DNA of 64,000 bases from Auanema rhodensis (taxonomy: Eukaryota; Animalia; Nematoda), in the NCBI GenBank assembly GCA_964057225.1, contig CAXKVF010000073.1, positions 1,116,001 through 1,180,000 on the forward strand. Direction: 5' to 3'. Both the position numbers and the translations under genes were made by a program. This document shows, piece after piece, positions 41,072 through 54,900 of this stretch. Under the pieces are notes generated by a model, which was not told the DNA's origin, did no database searches, and worked only from the letters and a program-made list of their open reading frames with translations. Each line of letters begins with the position of its first letter. Position 1 is the first letter of the stretch.

Positions 41072-44000
41072 CATCTCTTTATCTTTCACGTGAAGCGAGT
41101 TACATACCAAGTGCACATCACGTGTACATTTAATCAGCATAAATTAAAGTTCACGTAAATTTCAAAGTCATGGTTACCATGAACCAATATCAATTAAAAT
41201 TTGTTTTTAGACTAATATGGACATGGGCAATCTAATTTTGAAAACCGCATCTCTTTATCTTTCACGTGAAGCGAGTTACATACCAAGTGCACATCACGTG
41301 TACATTTAATTAGCATAAATTAAAGTTCACGTAAATTTCAAAGTCATGGTTACCATGAACCAATATCAATACAAATTAGTTTTTAGACTAATATGGACAT
41401 GGGGAATCTAATGTTGAAAACCGCATCTCTTTATCTTTCACGTGAAGCGAGTTACATACCAAGTGCACATCACGTGTACATTTAATTAGCATAAATTAAA
41501 GTTCACGTAAATTTCAAAGTCATGGTTACCATGAACCAATATCAATACAAATTTGTTTTTAGACTAATATGGACATGGGGAATCTAATTTTGAAAACCGC
41601 ATCACTTTATCTTTCACGTGAAGCGAGTTACATACCAAGTGCACATCACGTGTACATTTAATTAGCATAAATTAAAGTTCACGTAAATTTCAAAGTCATG
41701 GTTACCATGAACCAATATCAATAAAAATTTGTTTTTAGACTAATATGGACATGGGGAATCTAATTTTGAAAACCGCATCTCTTTATCTTTCACGTGAAGC
41801 GAGTTACATACCAAGTGCACATCACGTGTACATTTAATTAGCATAAATTAAAGTTCACGTAAATTTCAAAGTCATGGTTACCATGAACCAATATCAATTA
41901 AAATTTGTTTTTAGACTAATATGGACATGGGCAATCTAATTTTGAAAACCGCATCTCTTTATCTTTCACGTGAAGCGAGTTACATACCAAGTGCACATCA
42001 CGTGTACATTTAATTAGCATAAATTAAAGTTCACGTAAATTTCAAAGTCACGGTTACCATGCACCAATATCAATAAAAATTTGTTTTTAGACTAATATGG
42101 ACATGGGGAATCTAATTTTGAAAACCGTATCTCTTTATCTTTCACGTGAAGCGAGTTACATACCAAGTGCACATCACGTGTACATTTAATTAGCATAAAT
42201 TAAAGTTCACGTAAATTTCAAAGTCATGGTTACCATGAACCAATATCAATAACAATTTGTTTTTAGACTAATATGGACATGGGCAATCTAATTTTGAAAA
42301 CCGCATCTCTTTATCTTTCACGTGAAGCGAGTTACATACCAAGTTCACATCACGTGTACATTTAATTAGCATAAATTAAAGTTCACGTAAATTTCAAAGT
42401 CATGGTTACCATGCACCAATATCAATAAAAATTTGTTTTTAGACTAATATGGACATGGGGAATCTAATTTTGAAAACCGCATCTCTTCATCTTTCACGTG
42501 AAGCGAGTTACATACCAAGTGCACATCACGTCTAAATTTAATTAGCATAAATTAAAGTTCACGAAAATTTCAAAGTCATGGTTACCATGAACCAATATCA
42601 ATAAAAATTTGTTTTTAGACTAATATGGACATGGGCAATCTAATTTTGAAAACCGCATCTCTTCATCTTTCACGTGAAGCGAGTTACATACCAAGTGCAC
42701 ATCACGTGTACATTTAATTAGCATAAATTAAAGTTCACGTAAATTTCAAAGTCATGGTTACCATGCACCAATATCAATAAAAATTTGTTTTTAGACTAAT
42801 ATGGACATGGGGAATCTAATTTTGAAAACCGCATCTCTTCATCTTTCACGTGAAGCGAGTTACATACCAAGTGCACATCACGTGTACATTTAATTAGCAT
42901 AAATTAAAGTTCACGTAAATTTCAAAGTCATGGTTACCATGAACCAATATCAATACAAATTTGTTTTTAGACTAATATGGACATGGGGAATCTAATTTTG
43001 AAAACCGCATCTCTTTATCTTTCACGTGAAGCGAGTTACATACCAAGTGCACATCACGTGTACATTTAATTAGCATAAATTAAAGTTCACGTAAATTTCA
43101 AAGTCATGGTTACCATGAACCAATATCAATAAAAATTTGTTTTTAGACTAATATGGACATGGGGAATCTAATTTTGAAAACCGCATCTCTTTATCTTTCA
43201 CGTGAAGCGAGTTACATACCAAGTGCACATCACGTGTACATTTAATTAGCATAAATTAAAGTTCACGTAAAATTCAAAGTCATGGTTACCATGCACCAAT
43301 ATCAATAAAAATTTGTTTTTAGACTAATATGGACATGGGGAATCTAATTTTGAAAACCGCATCTCTTTATCTTTCACGTGAAGCGAGTTACATACCAAGT
43401 GCACATCACGTGTACATTTAATTAGCATAAATTAAAGTTCACGTAAATTTCAAAGTCACGGTTACCATGAACCAATATCAATACAAATTTGTTTTTAGAC
43501 TAATATGGACATGGGGAATCTAATTTTGAAAACCGCATCTCTTTATCTTTCACGTGAAGCGAGTTACATACCAAGTGCACATCACGTGTACATTTAATTA
43601 GCATAAATTAAAGTTCACGTAAATTTCAAAGTCACGGTTACCATGCACCAATATCAATAAAAATTTGTTTTTAGACTAATATGGACATGGGGAATCTAAT
43701 TTTGAAAACCGCATCTCTTTATCTTTCACGTGAAGCGAGTTACATACCAAGTGCATATCACGTGTACATTTAATTAGCATAAATTAAAGTTCACGTAAAA
43801 TTTCAAAGTCATGGTTACCATGAACCAATATCAATAACAATTTGTTTTTAGACTAATATGGACATGGGCAATCTAATTTTGAAAACCGCATCTCTTTATC
43901 TTTCACGTGAAGCGAGTTACATACCAAGTGCACATCACGTGTACATTTAATTAGCATAAATTAAAGTTCACGTAAATTTCAAAGTCATGGTTACCATGAA

Positions 44001-44592
44001 CCAATATCAATTAAAATTTGTTTTTAGACTAATATGGACATGGGCAATCTAATTTTGAAAACCGCATCTCTTTATCTTTCACGTGAAGCGAGTTACATAC
44101 CAAGTGCACATCACGTGTACATTTAATTAGCATAAATTAAAGTTCACGTAAATTTCAAAGTCATGGTTACCATGCACCAATATCAATAAAAATTTGTTTT
44201 TAGACTAATATGGACATGGGGAATCTAATTTTGAAAACCGCATCTCTTTATCTTTCACGTGAAGCGAGTTACATACCAAGTGCACATCACGTGTACATTT
44301 AATTAGCATAAATTAAAGTTCACGTAAATTTCAAAGTCATGGTTACCATGAACCAATATCAATTAAAATTTGTTTTTAGACTAATATGGACATGGGCAAT
44401 CTAATTTTGAAAACCGCATCTCTTTATCTTTCACGTGAAGCGAGTTACATACCAAGTGCACATCACGTGTACATTTAATTAGCATAAATTAAAGTTCACG
44501 TAAATTTCAAAGTCATGGTTACCATGCACCAATATCAATAAAAATTTGTTTTTAGACTAATATGGACATGGGGAATCTAATTTTGAAAACCG

Positions 44593-47500
44593 TATCTCTT
44601 TATCTTTCACGTGAAGCGAGTTACATACCAAGTGCACATCACGTGTACATTTAATTAGCATAAATTAAAGTTCACGTAAATTTCAAAGTCATGGTTACCA
44701 TGAACCAATATCAATAACAATTTGTTTTTAGACTAATATGGACATGGGCAATCTAATTTTGAAAACCGCATCTCTTTATCTTTCACGTGAAGCGAGTTAC
44801 ATACCAAGTGCACATCACGTGTACATTTAATTAGCATAAATTAAAGTTCACGTAAATTTCAAAGTCATGGTTACCATGCACCAATATCAATAAAAATTTG
44901 TTTTTAGACTAATATGGACATGGGGAATCTAATTTTGAAAACCGCATCTCTTCATCTTTCACGTGAAGCGAGTTACATACCAAGTGCACATCACGTCTAA
45001 ATTTAATTAGCATAAATTAAAGTTCACGAAAATTTCAAAGTCATGGTTACCATGAACCAATATCAATAAAAATTTGTTTTTAGACTAATATGGACATGGG
45101 CAATCTAATTTTGAAAACCGCATCTCTTCATCTTTCACGTGAAGCGAGTTACATACCAAGTGCACATCACGTGTACATTTAATTAGCATAAATTAAAGTT
45201 CACGTAAATTTCAAAGTCATGGTTACCATGCACCAATATCAATAAAAATTTGTTTTTAGACTAATATGGACATGGGGAATCTAATTTTGAAAACCGCATC
45301 TCTTCATCTTTCACGTGAAGCGAGTTACATACCAAGTGCACATCACGTGTACATTTAATTAGCATAAATTAAAGTTCACGTAAAATTCAAAGTCATGGTT
45401 ACCATGCACCAATATCAATAAAAATTTGTTTTTAGACTAATATGGACATGGGGAATCTAATTTTGAAAACCGCATCTCTTTATCTTTCACGTGAAGCGAG
45501 TTACATACCAAGTGCACATCACGTGTACATTTAATTAGCATAAATTAAAGTTCACGTAAATTTCAAAGTCATGGTTACCATGAACCAATATCAATAAAAA
45601 TTTGTTTTTAGACTAATATGGACAGGGGGAATCTAATTTTGAAAACCGCATCTCTTTATCTTTCACGTGAAGCGAGTTACATACCAAGTGCACATCACGT
45701 GTACATTTAATTAGCATAAATTAAAGTTCACGTAAAATTCAAAGTCATGGTTACCATGCACCAATATCAATAAAAATTTGTTTTTAGACTAATATGGACA
45801 TGGGGAATCTAATTTTGAAAACCGCATCTCTTTATCTTTCACGTGAAGCGAGTTACATACCAAGTGCACATCACGTGTACATTTAATTAGCATAAATTAA
45901 AGTTCACGTAAATTTCAAAGTCATGTTTACCATGAAGCAATATCAATAAAAATTTGTTTTTAGACTAATATGGACATGGGGAATCTAATTTTGAAAACCG
46001 CATCTCTTTATCTTTCACGTGAAGCGAGTTACATACCAAGTGCACATCACGTGTACATTTAATTAGCATAAATTAAAGTTCACGTAAATTTCAAAGTCAC
46101 GGTTACCATGCACCAATATCAATAAAAATTTGTTTTTAGACTAATATGGACATGGGGAATCTAATTTTGAAAACCGCATCTCTTTATCTTTCACGTGAAG
46201 CGAGTTACATACCAAGTGCATATCACGTGTACATTTAATTAGCATAAATTAAAGTTCACGTAAAATTTCAAAGTCATGGTTACCATGAACCAATATCAAT
46301 AACAATTTGTTTTTAGACTAATATGGACATGGGCAATCTAATTTTGAAAACCGCATCTCTTTATCTTTCACGTGAAGCGAGTTACATACCAAGTGCACAT
46401 CACGTGTACATTTAATTAGCATAAATTAAAGTTCACGTAAATTTCAAAGTCATGGTTACCATGCACCAATATCAATAAAAATTTGTTTTTAGACTAATAT
46501 GGACATGAGGAATCTAATTTTGAAAACCGCATCTCTTCATCTTTCACGTGAAGCGAGTTACATACCAAGTGCACATCACGTGTACATTTAATTAGCATAA
46601 ATTAAAGTTCACGTAAATTTCAAAGTCATGGTTACCATGAACCAATATCAATAAAAATTTGTTTTTAGACTAATATGGACATGGGGAATCTAATTTTGAA
46701 AACCGCATCTCTTTATCTTTCACGTGAAGCGAGTTCATACCAAGTGCACATCACGTGTACATTTAATTAGCATAAATTAAAGTTCACGTAAATTTCAAAG
46801 TCATGGTTACCATGCACCAATATCAATAAAAATTTGTTTTTAGACTAATATGGACATGGGGAATCTAATTTTGAAAACCGTATCTCTTTATCTTTCACGT
46901 GAAGCGAGTTACATACCAAGTGCACATCACGTGTACATTTAATTAGCATAAATTAAAGTTCACGTAAATTTCAAAGTCATGGTTACCATGAACCAATATC
47001 AATAACAATTTGTTTTTAGACTAATATGGACATGGGCAATCTAATTTTGAAAACCGCATCTCTTTATCTTTCACGTGAAGCGAGTTACATACCAAGTGCA
47101 CATCACGTGTACATTTAATTAGCATAAATTAAAGTTCACGTAAATTTCAAAGTCATGGTTACCATGCACCAATATCAATAAAAATTTGTTTTTAGACTAA
47201 TATGGACATGGGGAATCTAATTTTGAAAACCGCATCTCTTCATCTTTCACGTGAAGCGAGTTACATACCAAGTGCACATCACGTCTAAATTTAATTAGCA
47301 TAAATTAAAGTTCACGAAAATTTCAAAGTCATGGTTACCATGAACCAATATCAATAAAAATTTGTTTTTAGACTAATATGGACATGGGCAATCTAATTTT
47401 GAAAACCGCATCTCTTCATCTTTCACGTGAAGCGAGTTACATACCAAGTGCACATCACGTGTACATTTAATTAGCATAAATTAAAGTTCACGTAAATTTC

Positions 47501-49520
47501 AAAGTCATGGTTACCATGCACCAATATCAATAAAAATTTGTTTTTAGACTAATATGGACATGGGGAATCTAATTTTGAAAACCGCATCTCTTCATCTTTC
47601 ACGTGAAGCGAGTTACATACCAAGTGCACATCACGTGTACATTTAATTAGCATAAATTAAAGTTCACGTAAAATTCAAAGTCATGGTTACCATGCACCAA
47701 TATCAATAAAAATTTGTTTTTAGACTAATATGGACATGGGGAATCTAATTTTGAAAACCGCATCTCTTTATCTTTCACGTGAAGCGAGTTACATACCAAG
47801 TGCACATCACGTGTACATTTAATTAGCATAAATTAAAGTTCACGTAAATTTCAAAGTCATGGTTACCATGAACCAATATCAATAAAAATTTGTTTTTAGA
47901 CTAATATGGACAGGGGGAATCTAATTTTGAAAACCGCATCTCTTTATCTTTCACGTGAAGCGAGTTACATACCAAGTGCACATCACGTGTACATTTAATT
48001 AGCATAAATTAAAGTTCACGTAAAATTCAAAGTCATGGTTACCATGCACCAATATCAATAAAAATTTGTTTTTAGACTAATATGGACATGGGGAATCTAA
48101 TTTTGAAAACCGCATCTCTTTATCTTTCACGTGAAGCGAGTTACATACCAAGTGCACATCACGTGTACATTTAATTAGCATAAATTAAAGTTCACGTAAA
48201 TTTCAAAGTCATGGTTACCATGAACCAATATCAATAAAAATTTGTTTTTAGACTAATATGGACAGGGGGAATCTAATTTTGAAAACCGCATCTCTTTATC
48301 TTTCACGTGAAGCGAGTTACATACCAAGTGCACATCACGTGTACATTTAATTAGCATAAATTAAAGTTCACGTAAAATTCAAAGTCATGGTTACCATGCA
48401 CCAATATCAATAAAAATTTGTTTTTAGACTAATATGGACATGGGGAATCTAATTTTGAAAACCGCATCTCTTTATCTTTCACGTGAAGCGAGTTACATAC
48501 CAAGTGCACATCACGTGTACATTTAATTAGCATAAATTAAAGTTCACGTAAATTTCAAAGTCATGTTTACCATGAAGCAATATCAATAAAAATTTGTTTT
48601 TAGACTAATATGGACATGGGGAATCTAATTTTGAAAACCGCATCTCTTTATCTTTCACGTGAAGCGAGTTACATACCAAGTGCACATCACGTGTACATTT
48701 AATTAGCATAAATTAAAGTTCACGTAAATTTCAAAGTCACGGTTACCATGCACCAATATCAATAAAAATTTGTTTTTAGACTAATATGGACATGGGGAAT
48801 CTAATTTTGAAAACCGCATCTCTTTATCTTTCACGTGAAGCGAGTTACATACCAAGTGCATATCACGTGTACATTTAATTAGCATAAATTAAAGTTCACG
48901 TAAAATTTCAAAGTCATGGTTACCATGAACCAATATCAATAACAATTTGTTTTTAGACTAATATGGACATGGGCAATCTAATTTTGAAAACCGCATCTCT
49001 TTATCTTTCACGTGAAGCGAGTTACATACCAAGTGCACATCACGTGTACATTTAATTAGCATAAATTAAAGTTCACGTAAATTTCAAAGTCATGGTTACC
49101 ATGCACCAATATCAATAAAAATTTGTTTTTAGACTAATATGGACATGAGGAATCTAATTTTGAAAACCGCATCTCTTCATCTTTCACGTGAAGCGAGTTA
49201 CATACCAAGTGCACATCACGTGTACATTTAATTAGCATAAATTAAAGTTCACGTAAATTTCAAAGTCATGGTTACCATGAACCAATATCAATAAAAATTT
49301 GTTTTTAGACTAATATGGACATGGGGAATCTAATTTTGAAAACCGCATCTCTTTATCTTTCACGTGAAGCGAGTTCATACCAAGTGCACATCACGTGTAC
49401 ATTTAATTAGCATAAATTAAAGTTCACGTAAATTTCAAAGTCATGGTTACCATGCACCAATATCAATAAAAATTTGTTTTTAGACTAATATGGACATGGG
49501 GAATCTAATTTTGAAAACCG
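44593..49520. repeat. Tandem duplication: 13-mer (44593-46880) and 15-mer copy (46881-49520)
   Basis: The variant order is the same in both: CCGTATC, CACGTCTAAA, GTAAAATTC, GACAGGGG, CATGTTTACC, GTGCATATC+insA, GAGGAAT, GAGTTCATAC. The second copy has an extra dimer (48113-48464 repeats 47761-48112). Confidence 0.85.
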
Positions 49521-51984
49521 CATCTCTTTATCTTTCACGTGAAGCGAGTTACATACCAAGTGCACATCACGTGTACATTTAATTAGCATAAATTAAAGTT
49601 CACGTAAATTTCAAAGTCATGGTTACCATGCACCAATATCAATAAAAATTCGTTTTTAGACTAATATGGACATGGGGAATCTAATTTTGAAAACCGCATC
49701 TCTTTATCTTTCACGTGAAGCGAGTTACATACCAAGTGCACATCACGTGTACATTTAATTAGCATAAATTAAAGTTCACGTAAATTTCAAAGTCATGGTT
49801 ACCATGCACCAATATCAATAAAAATTTGTTTTTAGACTAATATGGACATGGGGAATCTAATTTTGAAAACCGCATCTCTTTATCTTTCACGTGAAGCGAG
49901 TTACATACCAAGTGCACATCACGTGTACATTTAATTAGCATAAATTAAAGTTCACGTAAATTTCAAAGTCATGTTTACCATGAAGCAATATCAATAAAAA
50001 TTTGTTTTTAGACTAATATGGACAGGGGGAATCTAATTTTGAAAACCGCATCTCTTTATCTTTCACGTGAAGCGAGTTACATACCAAGTGCACATCACGT
50101 GTACATTTAATTAGCATAAATTAAAGTTCACGTAAATTTCAAAGTCATGGTTACCATGAATTAATATCAATAAAAATTTGTTTTTAGAATAATATGGACA
50201 TGGGGAATCTAATTTTGAAAACCGCATCTCTTTATCTTTCACGTGAAGCGAGTTACATACCAAGTGCACATCACGTGTACATTTAATTAGCATAAATTAA
50301 AGTTCACGTAAAATTCAAAGTCATGGTTACCATGCACCAATATCAATAAAAATTTGTTTTTAGACTAATATGGACATGGGGAATCTAATTTTGAAAACCG
50401 CATCTCTTTATCTTTCACGTGAAGCGAGTTACATACCAAGTGCACATCACGTGTACATTTAATTAGCATAAATTAAAGTTCACGTAAATTTCAAAGTCAT
50501 GGTTACCATGAACCAATATCAATAAAAATTTGTTTTTAGACTAATATGGACATGTGGAATCTAATTTTGAAAACCGCATCTCTTCATCTTTCACGTGAAG
50601 CGAGTTACATACCAAGTGCACATCACGTGTACATTTAATTAGCATAAATTAAAGTTCACGTAAAATTCAAAGTCATGGTTACCATGCACCAATATCAATA
50701 AAAATTCGTTTTTAGACTAATATGGACATGGGGAATCTAATTTTGAAAACCGCATCTCTTTATCTTCCACGTGAAGCGAGTTACATACCAAGTGCACATC
50801 ACGTGTACATTTAATTAGCATAAATTAAAGTTCACGTAAATTTCAAAGTCATGTTTACCATGAAGCAATATCAATAAAAATTTGTTTTTAGACTAATATG
50901 GACAGGGGGAATCTAATTTTGAAAACCGCATCTCTTTATCTTTCACGTGAAGCGAGTTACATACCAAGTGCACATCACGTGTACATTTAATTAGCATAAA
51001 TTAAAGTTCACGTAAATTTCAAAGTCACGGTTACCATGCACCAATATCAATAAAAATTTGTTTTTAGACTAATATGGACATGGGGAATCTAATTTTGAAA
51101 ACCGTATCTCTTTATCTTTCACGTGAAGCGAGTTACATACCAAGTGCACATCACGTGTACATTTAATTAGCATAAATTAAAGTTCACGTAAATTTCAAAG
51201 TCATGTTTACCATGAAGCAATATCAATAAAAATTTGTTTTTAGACTAATATGGACAGGGGGAATCTAATTTTGAAAACCGCATCTCTTTATCTTTCACGT
51301 GAAGCGAGTTACATACCAAGTGCACATCACGTGTACATTTAATTAGCATAAATTAAAGTTCACGTAAATTTCAAAGTCACGGTTACCATGCACCAATATC
51401 AATAAAAATTTGTTTTTAGACTAATATGGACATGGGGAATCTAATTTTGAAAACCGTATCTCTTTATCTTTCACGTGAAGCGAGTTACATACCAAGTGCA
51501 CATCACGTGTACATTTAATTAGCATAAATTAAAGTTCACGAAAATTTCAAAGTCATGGTTACCATGAACCAATATCAATAAAAATTTGTTTTTAGACTAA
51601 TATGGACATGGGCAATCTAATTTTGAAAACCGCATCTCTTCATCTTTCACGTGAAGCGAGTTACATACCAAGTGCACATCACGTGTACATTTAATTAGCA
51701 TAAATTAAAGTTCACGTAAATTTCAAAGTCATGGTTACCATGCACCAATATCAATAAAAATTTGTTTTTAGACTAATATGGACATGGGGAATCTAATTTT
51801 GAAAACCGCATCTCTTCATCGTTCACGTGAAGCGAGTTACATACCAAGTGCACATCACGTGTACATTTAATTAGCATAAATTAAAGTTCACGTAAATTTC
51901 AAAGTCATGGTTACCATGAACCAATATCAATAAAAATTTGTTTTTAGACTAATATGGACATGGGGAATCTAATTTTGAAAACCG

Positions 51985-54900
51985 CATCTCTTTATCTTTC
52001 ACGTGAAGCGAGTTCATACCAAGTGCACATCACGTGTACATTTAATTAGCATAAATTAAAGTTCACGTAAATTTCAAAGTCATGGTTACCATGCACCAAT
52101 ATCAATAAAAATTTGTTTTTAGACTAATATGGACATGGGGAATCTAATTTTGAAAACCGCATCTCTTTATCTTTCACGTGAAGCGAGTTACATACCAAGT
52201 GCACATCACGTGTACATTTAATTAGCATAAATTAAAGTTCACGTAAATTTCAAAGTCATGTTTACCATGAAGCAATATCAATAAAAATTTGTTTTTAGAC
52301 TAATATGGACAGGGGGAATCTAATTTTGAAAACCGCATCTCTTTATCTTTCACGTGAAGCGAGTTACATACCAAGTGCACATCACGTGTACATTTAATTA
52401 GCATAAATTAAAGTTCACGTAAAATTCAAAGTCATGGTTACCATGCACCAATATCAATAAAAATTTGTTTTTAGACTAATATGGACATGGGGAATCTAAT
52501 TTTGAAAACCGCATCTCTTTATCTTTCACGTGAAGCGAGTTACATACCAAGTGCACATCACGTGTACATTTAATTAGCATAAATTAAAGTTCACGTAAAT
52601 TTCAAAGTCACGGTTACCATGCACCAATATCAATAAAAATTTGTTTTTAGACTAATATGGACATGGGGAATCTAATTTTGAAAACCGCATCTCTTTATCT
52701 TTCACGTGAAGCGAGTTACATACCAAGTGCACATCACGTGTACATTTAATTAGCATAAATTAAAGTTCACGTAAATTTCAAAGTCACGGTTACCATGCAC
52801 CAATATCAATAAAAATTTGTTTTTAGACTAATATGGACATGGGGAATCTAATTTTGAAAACCGCATCTCTTTATCTTTCACGTGAAGCGAGTTACATACC
52901 AAGTGCATATCACGTGTACATTTAATTAGCATAAATTAAAGTTCACGTAAAATTTCAAAGTCATGGTTACCATGAACCAATATCAATAACAATTTGTTTT
53001 TAGACTAATATGGACATGGGCAATCTAATTTTGAAAACCGCATCTCTTTATCTTTCACGTGAAGCGAGTTACATACCAAGTGCACATCACGTGTACATTT
53101 AATTAGCATAAATTAAAGTTCACGTAAATTTCAAAGTCATGGTTACCATGCACCAATATCAATAAAAATTTGTTTTTAGACTAATATGGACATGAGGAAT
53201 CTAATTTTGAAAACCGCATCTCTTTATCTTTCACGTGAAGCGAGTTACATACCGAGTGCACATCAGGTGTACATTTAATTAGCATAAATTAAAGTTCACG
53301 TAAATTTCAAAGTCATGGTTACCATGCACCAATATCAATAAAAATTTGTTTTTAGACTAATATGGACATGGGGAATCTAATTTTGAAAACCGAATCTCTT
53401 CATCTTTCACGTGAAGCGAGTTACATACCAAGTGCACATCACGTCTAAATTTAATTAGCATAAATTAAAGTTCACGAAAATTTCAAAGTCATGGTTACCA
53501 TGAACCAATATCAATAAAAATTTGTTTTTAGACTAATATGGACATGGGCAATCTAATTTTGAAAACCGCATCTCTTCATCTTTCACGTGAAGCGAGTTAC
53601 ATACCAAGTGCACATCACGTGTACATTTAATTAGCATAAATTAAAGTTCACGTAAAATTCAAAGTCATGGTTACCATGAACCAATATCAATAAAAATTTG
53701 TTTTTAGACTAATATGGACATGGGGAATCTAATTTTGAAAACCGCATCTCTTTATCTTTCACGTGAAGCGAGTTCATACCAAGTGCACATCACGTGTACA
53801 TTTAATTAGCATAAATTAAAGTTCACGTAAATTTCAAAGTCATGGTTACCATGCACCAATATCAATAAAAATTTGTTTTTAGACTAATATGGACATGGGG
53901 AATCTAATTTTGAAAACCGCATCTCTTTATCTTTCACGTGAAGCGAGTTACATACCAAGTGCACATCACGTGTACATTTAATTAGCATAAATTAAAGTTC
54001 ACGTAAATTTCAAAGTCATGTTTACCATGAAGCAATATCAATAAAAATTTGTTTTTAGACTAATATGGACAGGGGGAATCTAATTTTGAAAACCGCATCT
54101 CTTTATCTTTCACGTGAAGCGAGTTACATACCAAGTGCACATCACGTGTACATTTAATTAGCATAAATTAAAGTTCACGTAAAATTCAAAGTCATGGTTA
54201 CCATGCACCAATATCAATAAAAATTTGTTTTTAGACTAATATGGACATGGGGAATCTAATTTTGAAAACCGCATCTCTTTATCTTTCACGTGAAGCGAGT
54301 TACATACCAAGTGCACATCACGTGTACATTTAATTAGCATAAATTAAAGTTCACGTAAATTTCAAAGTCACGGTTACCATGCACCAATATCAATAAAAAT
54401 TTGTTTTTAGACTAATATGGACATGGGGAATCTAATTTTGAAAACCGCATCTCTTTATCTTTCACGTGAAGCGAGTTACATACCAAGTGCACATCACGTG
54501 TACATTTAATTAGCATAAATTAAAGTTCACGTAAATTTCAAAGTCACGGTTACCATGCACCAATATCAATAAAAATTTGTTTTTAGACTAATATGGACAT
54601 GGGGAATCTAATTTTGAAAACCGCATCTCTTTATCTTTCACGTGAAGCGAGTTACATACCAAGTGCATATCACGTGTACATTTAATTAGCATAAATTAAA
54701 GTTCACGTAAAATTTCAAAGTCATGGTTACCATGAACCAATATCAATAACAATTTGTTTTTAGACTAATATGGACATGGGCAATCTAATTTTGAAAACCG
54801 CATCTCTTTATCTTTCACGTGAAACGAGTTACATACCAAGTGCACATCACGTGTACATTTAATTAGCATAAATTAAAGTTCACGTAAATTTCAAAGTCAT

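Noticed and set aside
50111-50293. 60-aa ORFs (also 56095-56277 and 58559-58741) as protein-coding genes
   Set aside because: They are single satellite monomers in which one SNP removes a stop codon. The other ~360 copies have the stop, and there is no gene context or recognisable domain.
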